Positions 50,109 to 60,767 of a stretch of DNA of 64,000 nt are shown one piece after another. The position numbers and the translations under genes are program-made. Location of the stretch: assembly GCA_963749655.1 (NCBI GenBank), contig CAVVOB010000021.1, positions 50,786 through 114,785 of the forward strand, read 5' to 3'. Under the pieces are notes generated by a model. That model did no database searches and was not told where the DNA came from. It worked only from the letters and a program-made list of their open reading frames with translations. Numbering within the stretch: position 1 is the stretch's first letter; every line of letters begins with the position of its first letter. The stretch is from Nitrospirota bacterium (GTDB lineage: Bacteria; Nitrospirota; UBA9217).

Positions 50109-50573
50109 ATGAAATGGATTACCCGAGAAAAAGTCAAGGTTGACCGCGTTGCCTGTCCCTGGCTTATCAAGAAGTTTGTAGACAGCGATGCCGAATTCCT
50201 GTTCGTCCCTGCCGAGCGCGTACAAAGCGAAGCTGCCCGCCTGGGGGCAATTCCCTTCGACGTGCCGAACGTTGAGCTCGGTCACCACGGCAAAGAGTGC
50301 TCCTTTGACGCCATTGTGAAGAAATACGCTCTTGCGAAGGATCCCGCTCTTGTGCTTCTCGCCAGGATCGTGAACGGCGCAGACACGGACAACAGCCTCC
50401 ACCACCAGCCCGAGGGACCGGGGCTCAGCGCAATTGCCGAAGGATTCAGGCACCTGGGATACACTGACGACCATGCGGTCAACCGGGCTGAATGGATCGT
50501 CTACGACGCACTCTATGCCTACTGCAGCGAGATGACAGCAAAAGGAAAACTCTATGGCGCATTCGCGGCGTGA
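50109..50573 (+). CDS. Chromate resistance protein ChrB C-terminal domain protein (ChrF-like)
   Basis: MKWITRE..KVDRVACPWLIKKFVD..AEFLFV, PFD, CSFDA, IVNGADT, YDALY. Confidence 0.85.
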   Translation: MKWITREKVKVDRVACPWLIKKFVDSDAEFLFVPAERVQSEAARLGAIPFDVPNVELGHHGKECSFDAIVKKYALAKDPALVLLARIVNGADTDNSLHHQPEGPGLSAIAEGFRHLGYTDDHAVNRAEWIVYDALYAYCSEMTAKGKLYGAFAA

Positions 50574-51789
50574 CGTTCGCCTGCTCTTTGCCGCGCGCAG
50601 CGTGCGCCTCTTCGCCTACGGCGCTCTTTCGGTGGTCCTGGCCCTCTATCTCCATGAAACCGGCCTGACCGACGCGCTCATCGGCCTCTTATTCACGCTT
50701 ACGCTCGCGGGCGATGCAGGAGTCTCCCTCTGGATCACTACCACGGCGGACCGCATCGGCAGAAAACGCATGCTGCTGGTCGGGGCGGGGCTCATGATCC
50801 TTGCGGGCTTCGTGTTCAGTCTGACCGCAGACCCGCTGCTCCTCATCATAGCCGCCGTCATCGGCGTTATAAGCCCCAGCGGCAACGAGATCGGTCCCTT
50901 CCTCTCTCTGGAGCAGGCCGCTTTATCGCAACTCATCCCCCCGGAACGCCGCACCGCCTCCTTCGCATGGTACAAGCTTGCGGGCTCGCTCGCAACGGCA
51001 ACCGGCGCCCTATGCGGTGGACTTCTCTCCCGGTCGCTCAAGCATATGGGGCTTTCCGATCTGGCGTCCTACCGCGCTGTGATCGTGGGCTATGCCCTCT
51101 GCGGCATGGTCCTCGCACTCCTCTTCACTTATCTATCTCCCCGGGTGGAAGCAGAAGCGGCTGCCGCAGCCGGCAAGCGAATCCTCGGGCTTCATGCTTC
51201 CCGGCGGGTAGTGGCGAAACTCAGCGCCCTGTTCGCCCTCGACGCCTTTGCCGGAGGATTCGTGCTCCAGAGCATGGTCGCTTACTGGTTTCATATCCGG
51301 TTTAACGCCGACGCCGGGATGCTGGGGGCGATCTTTTTCGGCGCCAATATCCTTGCCGGAATCTCGGCGCTCCTCGCGGCGCGCATTGCCGCGCGCATCG
51401 GCCTGATCAACACGATGGTTTTCACGCACATTCCGTCGAACGTGCTCTTATGTCTCGTGCCGCTCATGCCGGCCCTCGGTCCGGCCATCGCCGTCCTGCT
51501 CCTCCGGTTCAGCATTTCGCAGATGGACGTGCCCACGCGCCAGTCCTATACGATGGCAGTCGTCGCGCCGGACGAGCGCTCGGCAGCATCGGGAGTCACG
51601 TCCATCGCCCGGTCCGTAGGCGCATCGCTTTCCCCGGCGCTGTGCGGCATCCTGCTTGCTTCTCCGGCGTTGCTGGCCGCCCCCTTTTTCGTGGCAGGTG
51701 GGCTCAAAATTGTCTATGATCTGCTTCTCTACCGGAGCTTCCGGTCCGCGAGTTCCGATACCGCATCTTTGTCGGGTACCGGCAGCTGA
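50554..51789 (+). CDS. MFS transporter
   Basis: ADRIGRKRML (motif A), SPSGNEIGPF, MVFTHIPSN, SQMDVPTRQSY; about 12 TM helices. Confidence 0.92.
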   Translation: MAHSRRDVRLLFAARSVRLFAYGALSVVLALYLHETGLTDALIGLLFTLTLAGDAGVSLWITTTADRIGRKRMLLVGAGLMILAGFVFSLTADPLLLIIAAVIGVISPSGNEIGPFLSLEQAALSQLIPPERRTASFAWYKLAGSLATATGALCGGLLSRSLKHMGLSDLASYRAVIVGYALCGMVLALLFTYLSPRVEAEAAAAAGKRILGLHASRRVVAKLSALFALDAFAGGFVLQSMVAYWFHIRFNADAGMLGAIFFGANILAGISALLAARIAARIGLINTMVFTHIPSNVLLCLVPLMPALGPAIAVLLLRFSISQMDVPTRQSYTMAVVAPDERSAASGVTSIARSVGASLSPALCGILLASPALLAAPFFVAGGLKIVYDLLLYRSFRSASSDTASLSGTGS

Positions 51790-51860
51790 TTTTCCTGAGG
51801 CATTCTATTCCGCTGCCCCCTCCTCACTCGGCGGTATTCAAAGGAAGCTTGCTCTTTTCC

Positions 51861-52757
51861 CTATGCGGCTTTCTTCTGATTGAAGACCGGCACGAATACC
51901 TCGTCGCAGAACGCCTCCAGCGAAGTCGGCGTCGTATTGTCCGCCCTGCGCGGCTCATAGATGATCCTGTTGTCGTTAAAGGCCTTGCTCATTTCCACAT
52001 ATTCCCTGCTCATGTTGCCGGACAAACCCATGGCGATCATCGCTTTTTCCGCGTCGTCATAGGGGAACATAACATAGGAAAGACCGGGCTTGCCGATCTT
52101 CCGGCCGATGATATCTGTTGCCTCGATCAGGGAAAGGTCGCGCTCGCCGAGGAGGTATCTGACCGACGAACCGGTGAAATCCCTTTTAACAAGGCGGTCT
52201 GCTGCGAAGGCCGCGATGTCCCTCGTCGCGATAATGGGCATCTTCTTATCGCCCCGTATCGCGCTGCCGGCAATGCCTTTCGATCTTATCAGGTCGATAT
52301 TCCCGAGCAGATTTTCCATGAAGTATGTCGCCCGCAGATGCAGTACGTTGAGTCCCTTGATGCAGTTCAGCCGCTCCTCCTGATTGTGAAGACCCTTGAT
52401 CGGCCCTGTCCCCTCTGTCAATTCGCCGCCGACGCTCGAAAGATTTACGACATGCTTCACCTTCGCAATCTGCAGTGCTTTGCCGATACTCTCGCTGATC
52501 TCACCGGCGTGCTTCATAAAACTTTCAGTCCTGGCATTCGGCGGAAGGAGCGTAAATACGGCATCTGCGTCCTTGAACGCATTAACCAGAAACTCCTTGT
52601 CCGCAATATTGCCGGCCATGGCCTCTGCATTTTTGCGGACGAGCGGCCTCAGCCGGTCTGCCGTTCGTGCAACGAGCCGCACCGGCTCGCCCCGCTGGAT
52701 TAAAATGTCGGCAATCTTGCCGCCGACGTGGCCTGTTGCTCCCAAAATCGTAATCAT
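51861..52757 (-). CDS. NmrA family NAD(P)-binding protein
   Basis: ILGATGHVGG, VVNLSSVG, LRATYFMEN, IATRDIA. Confidence 0.9.
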   Translation of the reverse strand: MITILGATGHVGGKIADILIQRGEPVRLVARTADRLRPLVRKNAEAMAGNIADKEFLVNAFKDADAVFTLLPPNARTESFMKHAGEISESIGKALQIAKVKHVVNLSSVGGELTEGTGPIKGLHNQEERLNCIKGLNVLHLRATYFMENLLGNIDLIRSKGIAGSAIRGDKKMPIIATRDIAAFAADRLVKRDFTGSSVRYLLGERDLSLIEATDIIGRKIGKPGLSYVMFPYDDAEKAMIAMGLSGNMSREYVEMSKAFNDNRIIYEPRRADNTTPTSLEAFCDEVFVPVFNQKKAA

Positions 52758-53147
52758 GGTGAATCTCCCTTCTCCCTCGCTCTCAGCCGGCGAGAAAAAC
52801 CGAAAATGAGGATGCAATTCATCCTCTCTAAAAATGGTAGCACCCGCACATGGCCGCGTCAAACAGACCTGCGCCGGACAGGACCCCGATCATCCTTTGG
52901 TTGCAAAACTCTCTCTAGCCGAAATTGGACCACCTATTCGAAAATCGAATGGCCTGTTTTCGATAATCGCATGATCCTCACCGGTTGAAGAGTATTCAGT
53001 TCCTATCATCGCAGTCATGCTTCCCATCTCATTGATATTGCTGCTGCTGACCCATCCTCCCTGTCCTGTGCGGCTGGGCACGCCCTATGCATTTTCTCTC
53101 AATAGAACGGACGCTGATACGGAACCCTCTAACCGAGGCTTAGCTCT

Positions 53148-53933
53148 ATGAACCGCGCACTAGTGATCATCATCCTCATGGCTGCACCATTGCTGGCCAA
53201 CGCAGAAGAGACCGTTCGTTCTCACGCTGACGCATCTCTGCAGGGGAGTTCTGAAAAGGCTGCAACAGCTGAAGACAAATCCGACATTGAGATGCGCGCG
53301 GCTCTTCTCCCGAAATTGAATCGGACCGGTTCCCTGGACCGCGACCTCATCCTGAGCTGGCGCGAACGGGTGTTTAAAAGCGTGTCGCAATTCGCGGACC
53401 AGGGCATGGCGGAACCGGAAAGAGGCACCCGGTTACTCAGCCATCAAGAACAGGCTAAGCGCTCACAGGAGGGCAGGATCATAACAAGGACCATCCTGAA
53501 TGAAACCTGGAAATTCACCCAGGAAAAGCTGCCTGACATCGACAGACTGGTAAAGTCGCTGAGGCTGGAGGTGTCAACGGAAAAGCCCTCGCCGGAGAGC
53601 TCACCGGTGCCTGAGGGTGCGGACAACGAGAAAATACAGCCCGTTGCCCCTCACCGGTTGGGCGACAGGGTCTTCATAAAATCAGGCCTGCGGGTGCCGG
53701 TAGAAAGCGGAAAGTTGAGCCTTCTGTCCGAGACCGAAGCTGTCTTTGGCGCGCTTTCTACGTTCTTCAAAATTTACATCGACGGACGGTATGACAACAG
53801 CGCAGGCATGGCTTACGTCGTCGCCAAAGACATACGTCTCCAGGTCGAACAGCGGACTGCCCACACCGGAACCGAAGAAGGGAAACAGGAACTTTCCCAT
53901 TTAAGCTTGATGCAGTTGGTCTGTGCTTTCTGA
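53148..53933 (+). CDS. Hypothetical exported protein
   Basis: 261 aa ORF with GAGG SD, signal peptide (LLANA-EE), beta-rich C-terminus ending in Phe. Confidence 0.6.
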   Translation: MNRALVIIILMAAPLLANAEETVRSHADASLQGSSEKAATAEDKSDIEMRAALLPKLNRTGSLDRDLILSWRERVFKSVSQFADQGMAEPERGTRLLSHQEQAKRSQEGRIITRTILNETWKFTQEKLPDIDRLVKSLRLEVSTEKPSPESSPVPEGADNEKIQPVAPHRLGDRVFIKSGLRVPVESGKLSLLSETEAVFGALSTFFKIYIDGRYDNSAGMAYVVAKDIRLQVEQRTAHTGTEEGKQELSHLSLMQLVCAF

Positions 53934-54218
53934 AGAACGCGGTACGCTGGAACGTCGGCTTTCTGCGAACCGCGAACTGTATGCCCGGCATTTATTCTCC
54001 TGCTGAACGCTCCCTCCTGCCGTCTTTCATTCCTGGTCCAAATCTGGTATCGTACAATCGGATTTGGCCGTGACTCCACGAGCAGGCCCTGCCCGTGGCG
54101 CGCAATTCTGTCGCCTCCTGCCGGTCAATACCGACGCGACATTCGAAACCCTTGCATTAAGACAGGGTGAACGATATACTGAAAGCACAAAGGGTCTTTT
54201 GCCCCCGGGAGGTGCGTC

Positions 54219-54476
54219 ATTATTACGCTCATCTTCGTTATCGCCGTCATCGCCGTGGTAACGGCGTTTTCCGTCCAGAACGCGTCTCCTGTCGCGGTTT
54301 CCTTTCTTCACTGGCGCTTTGAAGCCTCGCTGGCGGTCGTCATCGTATTGTCCCTCATTGCCGGCATGATCATCGGCATGACCTTGCTGTCCTGGATACG
54401 GCTGCGACGGTCCCTGCGGGGAAAACGGTCATCCCCTGCAGTGAATCAGGCCTCTACCAAACCCCGCGCAAACTAG
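54219..54476 (+). CDS. LapA/DUF1049 family small membrane protein (apparent ATT start)
   Basis: TM helix + FSVQNASPVAVSFLHW..EASLAVVI..S..AG; SD GGGAGGTG just before ATT at 54219. Confidence 0.75.
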   Translation: MITLIFVIAVIAVVTAFSVQNASPVAVSFLHWRFEASLAVVIVLSLIAGMIIGMTLLSWIRLRRSLRGKRSSPAVNQASTKPRAN

Positions 54477-54495
54477 TTCACGGAGGATTGTCTCA

Positions 54496-55524
54496 ATGAA
54501 CAGCGAAGCAATGAAGCTCATCATACCTGCAGCAACAGCGCTGGGATGCACCGTGGCGCTTCTTATTGTGCGCTCGGTGTTATTCCGCATTCTTCATGCC
54601 TGGGCGTCGCGAACGGAAACGCTGTTCGACGATATCATCATTAATGCGGTCAAACGGCCATCGGTCCTTCTTGCCATCGCGGTCGGCATCCACATCGGCC
54701 TGTCTTTTTCCGGCATACCCGAGCGGCACATGGCGTACCTCGGCAAAATCCTCCATGTCATCATCATCCTGTCCGTGACCAGCGCCATTTCGAGCATGTC
54801 CGGCGAAATGTTCCGGAATTATATCCAGAAAAGCAACATCCCGATCCCGGCCACCGGCCTCGCCTACGGCATCCTGAAAGGAACGATCTACACTATAGGG
54901 TTCCTTATCATTCTGACCGATCTGGGGATTTCCATCGCTCCGCTCATCACGGCCCTGGGTGTGGGCGGGCTTGCCGTGGCCCTGGCGCTCCAGGACACGC
55001 TGGCAAATCTCTTTGCCGGCGTCCACATCCTCATGGAGAAATCCATCAGGATCGGAGACTTTGTCAGACTGGAGACCGGCCAGGAGGGATACGTAGACGA
55101 CATCACCTGGCGCACGACGCGCATCCGCATGCTGCCGAACAACATCGTCGTGATCCCGAACAACAAGCTCTCCCAAAGCATTGTGACGAATTATTACCTT
55201 CCCGAAAAACGCATGGCGCTGTCCCTGCCGGTGAGTGTAAGTTATGACGCAGATCCCGATTACGTCGAGAAAGTAGTGATTGAGGAAGTGAAAAAGGCCG
55301 CGCAGGAGATTCCGGGCCTTTTGACGGAGCCGGGGCCGTCCGTGCGCTTCATTCCCGGTTTCGGCGAAAGCTCCCTGGATTTCACGCTGGCCTGCCACGT
55401 GGCCGAATTCACGGATCAATTCCCGGTCCAGCATGAACTGCGGAAACGGATCTTCAGAAGGTTCAAGGCAGAAGGCATCGAGATCCCCTACCCGCACAGG
55501 ACCGTCACGGTCCGCAAGGAATAG
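54496..55524 (+). CDS. Small-conductance mechanosensitive channel (MscS family)
   Basis: LITALGVGGLAVALALQDTLANLFAG, IRIGDFV, WRTTRI, IPNNKL, GIEIPYP. Confidence 0.94.
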   Translation: MNSEAMKLIIPAATALGCTVALLIVRSVLFRILHAWASRTETLFDDIIINAVKRPSVLLAIAVGIHIGLSFSGIPERHMAYLGKILHVIIILSVTSAISSMSGEMFRNYIQKSNIPIPATGLAYGILKGTIYTIGFLIILTDLGISIAPLITALGVGGLAVALALQDTLANLFAGVHILMEKSIRIGDFVRLETGQEGYVDDITWRTTRIRMLPNNIVVIPNNKLSQSIVTNYYLPEKRMALSLPVSVSYDADPDYVEKVVIEEVKKAAQEIPGLLTEPGPSVRFIPGFGESSLDFTLACHVAEFTDQFPVQHELRKRIFRRFKAEGIEIPYPHRTVTVRKE

Positions 55525-55573
55525 GGCGGAGCTTCGGCCGGCGACACCGCCGAAACGGACAGGACTGGACCCC

Positions 55574-56263
55574 ATGAGTACCGCGCTCTCGCAAAAACAG
55601 CTGGATCTTTTCGTGGACCGCAGCGAGGCAGGCCTCAGACTCCATCTCGAGGATATCCTCAGGAGGCCCGTGGCCCTGGTCCTTACCGAAAACTCCACGA
55701 GCATGCTTTCAGCCCGGATCAGAGCCGGAGTACTGCACGTCCGTCTTCATCGCATGTTTCTGGCCGCAGACGAACCAGTCCTGGACGACATCACCTCATT
55801 TCTGAAGCACCGCCGGGGCTCCATGCCCCATTTTCGCCGGTTTCTTCGCGAGCAGCGGGAACAGATCGGCAAAAAACCGCCGAACCGGGTTCTGGTCAGG
55901 ACCCAGGGGAAGGTGTATGACCTCGGAGAGCTGTTCCTTGAAATAAACAGCGAGTACTTTGGCGGGACGGTCACTGCCGCGATCACCTGGGGAACGCGGA
56001 GCGCCCGCTCATCGGTTCGCAGAAGGACCCTCGGCAGTTTCAGCGCACGTTCGAAAACCATCAGGATCAATCCTCTGCTGGACAGGACAACGATCCCCCG
56101 GTATTTCATTGCTTTCATCGTCTACCACGAAATGCTGCACGCTGCCATGGGTGCGCCTCTGCGGGGCGCACGGAGAAGCATCCACTCGCGGGAATTCAGG
56201 ATGCGGGAGAGGTGTTTCAGGGATTACGATAAGGCGCTGGCGTGGGAACGAAAGAAAAAATAA
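55574..56263 (+). CDS. SprT-like / YgjP-like zinc metallopeptidase domain protein
   Basis: INSEYFGG, LGSF, IRINPLLD, IVYHEMLH (HExxH), HSREFR. Confidence 0.8.
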   Translation: MSTALSQKQLDLFVDRSEAGLRLHLEDILRRPVALVLTENSTSMLSARIRAGVLHVRLHRMFLAADEPVLDDITSFLKHRRGSMPHFRRFLREQREQIGKKPPNRVLVRTQGKVYDLGELFLEINSEYFGGTVTAAITWGTRSARSSVRRRTLGSFSARSKTIRINPLLDRTTIPRYFIAFIVYHEMLHAAMGAPLRGARRSIHSREFRMRERCFRDYDKALAWERKKK

Positions 56264-56414
56264 TGAGGGCGATCTTCGGATTGCCGCTTTTTCAACTGAC
56301 AGGAAAACAGCTGGTTCGAATCCCTTCAAAGGGTGATGCGCTCACGCCGGAACAACGTGCGGTCTGCGCAAGAAGCTCATAAGCGGTCAGGGATGGAAAG
56401 GACGGCAGCCGGCA

Positions 56415-56747
56415 TCAGACATAGAAGTTATTGCTCGCAAAATCGGGAAATCGGGCATCGGTGATCCGGATGAAATAGGCATCGGCGCTTCGGCCTATGC
56501 GGGTAAGATGGCACTGGCCATCTTCTCTCGTGACCTGGCCGGCAAAGGGTATTTTCTCACCGCCTTTGTCAACCAGTACCTCGACCTCTGCCCCTACCAG
56601 AAGCTTCAAGGGGCTTCCAACTTTGATACCGCCGCGGGACACGTCGATCATGTAGACTACTTTCATCCCGCTTTCCATTTTGACGCCCACGACGAGTTCT
56701 TTCTTTATTCTTATTCCGTTCCGTTTGTCATTCGCCCGTGCGTTCAT
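56415..56747 (-). CDS. Stand-alone PilZ domain protein
   Basis: RxxxR (KRNGIR) and DxSxxG (DVSRGG) c-di-GMP binding motifs. Confidence 0.75.
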   Translation of the reverse strand: MNARANDKRNGIRIKKELVVGVKMESGMKVVYMIDVSRGGIKVGSPLKLLVGAEVEVLVDKGGEKIPFAGQVTREDGQCHLTRIGRSADAYFIRITDARFPDFASNNFYV

Positions 56748-57199
56748 GGGACTCTCCCTCTGTCGTGTTCTCGCCTTTCCCTCCGCGAAGTGCTGAACGG
56801 ACCGGTTCCGATTCCGATAATTAAGGAACGGATCTGCGATAGACGATGTGTAATTTTCTGTTTACTATACTGTAACCAGGAAGCGAAAGATATAGCCGCG
56901 CCGGGGTATTTTCAGGGTATGGAAAATTTGTAACATGAATCGCTGGTGCTGATGCTGAGAGGAGGACTTTAGTACTCTTTTGCTGCTTACCTCTTGTCGT
57001 CACGGACGGAGGGGGCTGAGTAAAAACAACCGGGCCGTCCAGCAGGATCGCTTGAGATTCCGTTCTCTACCCTTCATTGAACCAGCAATGCTCTTTTGCT
57101 ATACTGAATTCATCGAAGTTCAAAGACCGAACGTTTCGAAATATATTAAATTTCAGCAACAATTGCGCGGGACATCGCCATTGCGCATGAGGGCTCGTT

Positions 57200-58432
57200 G
57201 TGGCACACCCGAAAATTCTGGCCTTCATACTCGCGGGAGGCAAGGGAGAGCGTCTCGCGCCCCTGACCGATTTCCGGTCAAAGCCTTCGGTCCCCTTCGG
57301 CGGGCGTTACCGGATCGTGGACTTCGCGCTGAGCAACTTCGTTAATTCCCATATCTATTCCATTTACCTTCTGGTTCAGTACAAGTCCCAGTCGCTCATT
57401 GAGCATGTCCGCCAGAACTGGGTCCTTTCCCCGATCGTCAAGGAGCACTTCGTCACCGTGGTCCCGCCGCAGATGCGCATGGGGCCCGAGTGGTTCCAGG
57501 GCACGGCCGACGCGGTGTATCAGAACATAAGCCTGATCCACGACCAGCAGCCGGAGCTCGTGGCCGTGTTCGGCGCCGATCACATCTACCGCATGGACAT
57601 CAGGCAGATGATCGACTTTCATCTCGAGCGAAACGCCGCAGTGACGGTCGCGGCACGTCCCGTGTCCCTTGAGCGGGCCTCGTCCTTCGGCGTGATCGTC
57701 ACGGACAAGGAGCGGCGGATTTCGGGGTTTCAGGAAAAGCCTGCTCAGCCCGCTGCCATGGCGGACGACCCGCACCGGGCCTACGTTTCCATGGGAAACT
57801 ATGTCTTCAATACCGATGTCCTGATCGACGCCCTCGTCAGGGGGCAGCAGAAGAACCAGCACGATTTCGGCAGCCATCTCCTTCCCGACCTGGTCCCGAC
57901 CGGCAAGGTGTTTGCCTACGACTTCGCCTCGAACGTCATCCCCGGCGCATCGCCCTTCGAAGAACAGGGGTACTGGAGGGACGTGGGCACGATCCCGGCG
58001 TATTTCAATGCTCATATGGACATGCTCGGCAGACGGCCGCTTTTCGCTCTTCACAACAAGCTCTGGCCGATCCACCCCGCAGAATACCAGGGGCCGGCAG
58101 CCATGATCCTGGAGGGCGACATCCGGAACAGCTTTATAGCAGAGGGGGTGATCGTGGAAAACGCCCGCATTGTCAATTCGGTGATCAGAAGGGACGTGGC
58201 CATCGAGAGCGACGTTGTTATCGAGGACTCGATCATCATGGACCACTGCGTGATCAGGACAGGCTGTCGTCTCAAACGCGTGATCGTGGACAAATTCAAT
58301 GTCCTGGACGAAGGCGAACAAATCGGCTTCGACCCCGACACGGACCAGCTTCACTGCGCCTGTTACCGCGACCCCTCCGGCATCGCAATCATCCCCAAGG
58401 GCGAACGAATGACGAAACGCCCTCCCTGGTGA
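57200..58432 (+). CDS. glgC: Glucose-1-phosphate adenylyltransferase
   Basis: ILAGGKGERL.PLT..RSKPSVPFGGRYRIVDF, GTADAVYQN, GADHIYRMD, FQEKP, YWRDVGT. Confidence 0.96.
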   Translation: MAHPKILAFILAGGKGERLAPLTDFRSKPSVPFGGRYRIVDFALSNFVNSHIYSIYLLVQYKSQSLIEHVRQNWVLSPIVKEHFVTVVPPQMRMGPEWFQGTADAVYQNISLIHDQQPELVAVFGADHIYRMDIRQMIDFHLERNAAVTVAARPVSLERASSFGVIVTDKERRISGFQEKPAQPAAMADDPHRAYVSMGNYVFNTDVLIDALVRGQQKNQHDFGSHLLPDLVPTGKVFAYDFASNVIPGASPFEEQGYWRDVGTIPAYFNAHMDMLGRRPLFALHNKLWPIHPAEYQGPAAMILEGDIRNSFIAEGVIVENARIVNSVIRRDVAIESDVVIEDSIIMDHCVIRTGCRLKRVIVDKFNVLDEGEQIGFDPDTDQLHCACYRDPSGIAIIPKGERMTKRPPW

Positions 58433-58569
58433 TTGTCCGGAACAGGAACCCGCTCTCCGTGCACGAGGCGTACGCACTCAAAAAGAACGTGCCGGCAACA
58501 GGCAACGATCGACCATGAATGCCCGGGCCGGCCTTTTTATTTCAATGTCTCTTCGCCGGGACTGAATAT

Positions 58570-59367
58570 ATGACGAAAACCATCATCTTCACTGATCTGG
58601 ACGGAACGCTCCTCCACCCGGAAACGTATTCTTTCACGGAAGCACTCCCTGCCCTGAATTTGATCAGATCACGGGGCATCCCGCTCGTGCTCTGCTCCAG
58701 CAAAACGAAAGCGGAAATAGAAGTCTGCCGAAGGCGATTACAGAACAACGACCCCTTTATCGTGGAAAACGGCGGAGCGATCTATTTGCCTGCAGGATAT
58801 TTCGAATTTCCTGCGGGAGCACCGAAAGGCACGGACTATACGGTAACCGAATTCGGAAAGCCTTATTCCGAGATCAGAAACACGTTCATGGCCCTCCGTC
58901 GCGATCTGAACGCAGCCGTCAGAGGATTCGGCGATATGTCGGTGCAGGAAATTTCCAGGCTAACGGGCCTTTCCGTCGAGGAAGCGGCTCGCGCTCGCGC
59001 GCGGGAGTACGAAGAGCCGTTCATCTTCGAGCAGGGCGAGGATGAACGCTTTCTCAGGACCATAGAAGAACGGGGGCTTCGGTGGACCAGGGGGATTTTT
59101 TATCATCTCATGGGAGACCAGGACAAGGGCACGGCAGTGCGCCTGCTCAAACAGTGGTATGAACGCAAGTATGATAAACTTATTACCATCGGACTGGGGG
59201 ACGGGCTGAATGATCTGCCGCTGCTCAGGGAAGCCGATCATCCTGTTCTCATCCAGAAGGGGGACGGAAGCTATGATCCAGGCGTCCGGCTTCCGCGTCT
59301 CGTCAAAGCAGAAGGGATCGGGCCAACGGGATGGAATCACGCATTGCTGGAGCTGCTGAATCAATGA
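58570..59367 (+). CDS. gpgP: Glucosyl/mannosyl-3-phosphoglycerate phosphatase (HAD-IIB)
   Basis: FTDLDGTLL, CSSKT, PFIVENGG, REYEEP, GLGDGLNDLPLL, GPTGWN; clustered with gpgS. Confidence 0.85.
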   Translation: MTKTIIFTDLDGTLLHPETYSFTEALPALNLIRSRGIPLVLCSSKTKAEIEVCRRRLQNNDPFIVENGGAIYLPAGYFEFPAGAPKGTDYTVTEFGKPYSEIRNTFMALRRDLNAAVRGFGDMSVQEISRLTGLSVEEAARARAREYEEPFIFEQGEDERFLRTIEERGLRWTRGIFYHLMGDQDKGTAVRLLKQWYERKYDKLITIGLGDGLNDLPLLREADHPVLIQKGDGSYDPGVRLPRLVKAEGIGPTGWNHALLELLNQ

Positions 59368-60698
59368 ACAGGGAACTGTTGATGGATATCTTCAATGCGG
59401 CCGTGGCTGCGGTGGACCCCTATCATGCCGTGACCAGGGCGCTCAGGCTCGCAGAAGGAAGGCTGCTCGCTGCCGGCGGGGCGTATGACCTCGCCGCCTT
59501 TGACCGCGTCAGTGTCGTCGGTGCGGGAAAGGCGACTGCCCGCATGACAGAAGCTGTTGAAGAACTCGTCGGGAGCGCCATAACCGACGGCATCATCATC
59601 GTAAAATACGGCCATCGAGGCCCTCTCAAGGTCGTCGAGCAGATCGAGGCCGCCCATCCCGTTCCCGACGAGGCGGGCGTGCGGGGAACGGAGCGCATTC
59701 TTGAACTGGTGCGAAGAGCCGACGAAAAAACGCTCGTTCTCTGCCTTCTCTCGGGAGGCGGATCGGCGCTGCTCGTTTCGCCGCTGCCCGGCCTTACACT
59801 CGAGGACAAGCAACTGACCACGGACCTTCTTCTGAAGGCAGGCGCGAACATTTACGAATTGAACGCCCTCCGCAAGCACCTGTCGGCAATCAAGGGCGGC
59901 AGGCTGGCGCGGACGGCCCATCCCGCAACCGTGATCACCTTCATCCTCTCCGATGTCATCGGAGACCGGCTCGACGTGATCGCATCGGGCCCCACTGCGC
60001 CGGACAGCACGACCTTCGCCGATGCAGCGCTGGTGATCGAGAAGTATGGGTTGAAGACTTCGCTTCCCCCGCGCGTCTCCGCGTTTCTCGAAGGAGGGGT
60101 CGCGGGGCAAGAGCCGGAAACGGCAAAAAGCGGGGAGGCCTGTTTTCTCAAAACCCGCAATGTGATCGTCGGCGGGATAGATCAGGCGCTCACTGCGGCC
60201 AGGGACAAAGCGAAGTCCCTGGACTGGCCGGCTGAAATCGTGTCAACAGACATCCAGGGAGAGGCCCGCGACGCAGCCCGGACCCTGGCCCGGGCCGCAT
60301 TCAGGGCGCATGACGGCCTGAAGTCCGGCGAACGCCGGTGCCTGCTGTTCGGCGGCGAGACCACGGTTACCGTCCGCGGAGCAGGAAGAGGCGGCAGAAA
60401 CCAGGAACTGGCCCTGGCCTTCGCCCGGGAGATCGCCGGCGTGAAGGGGATCACACTCCTTTCTGCGGGCACCGACGGAACGGACGGTCCGACAGACGCG
60501 GCGGGCGCCCTGGTCGACGGGAACACGGCGCTCCGGGCCAGGGAACAGGGCATCCATCCGGAGGCGTACCTCGGGAATAACGATTCGTACACGTTTTTTC
60601 AAAAAGTGGATGCTGCCGGCAGCCGGAAGCATCATCTCGTTACCGGCCCGACAGGGACCAATGTCATGGACATCCAGATCGTCCTGATTGAAGGCTGA
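59364..60698 (+). CDS. Glycerate kinase, class II (MOFRL family)
   Basis: GAGKA, AAHPVPD, LLSGGGSAL, RKHLSAIKGG, GGETTV, GGRNQE, GTDGTDG, TGTNVMD. Confidence 0.93.
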   Translation: MNRELLMDIFNAAVAAVDPYHAVTRALRLAEGRLLAAGGAYDLAAFDRVSVVGAGKATARMTEAVEELVGSAITDGIIIVKYGHRGPLKVVEQIEAAHPVPDEAGVRGTERILELVRRADEKTLVLCLLSGGGSALLVSPLPGLTLEDKQLTTDLLLKAGANIYELNALRKHLSAIKGGRLARTAHPATVITFILSDVIGDRLDVIASGPTAPDSTTFADAALVIEKYGLKTSLPPRVSAFLEGGVAGQEPETAKSGEACFLKTRNVIVGGIDQALTAARDKAKSLDWPAEIVSTDIQGEARDAARTLARAAFRAHDGLKSGERRCLLFGGETTVTVRGAGRGGRNQELALAFAREIAGVKGITLLSAGTDGTDGPTDAAGALVDGNTALRAREQGIHPEAYLGNNDSYTFFQKVDAAGSRKHHLVTGPTGTNVMDIQIVLIEG

Positions 60699-60767
60699 TC
60701 ACGGACTGCTGATTTCAGTGTCTCCATGGTCCGCACGTACTGTCGTCGAAACAGGACAGGGAAATCA

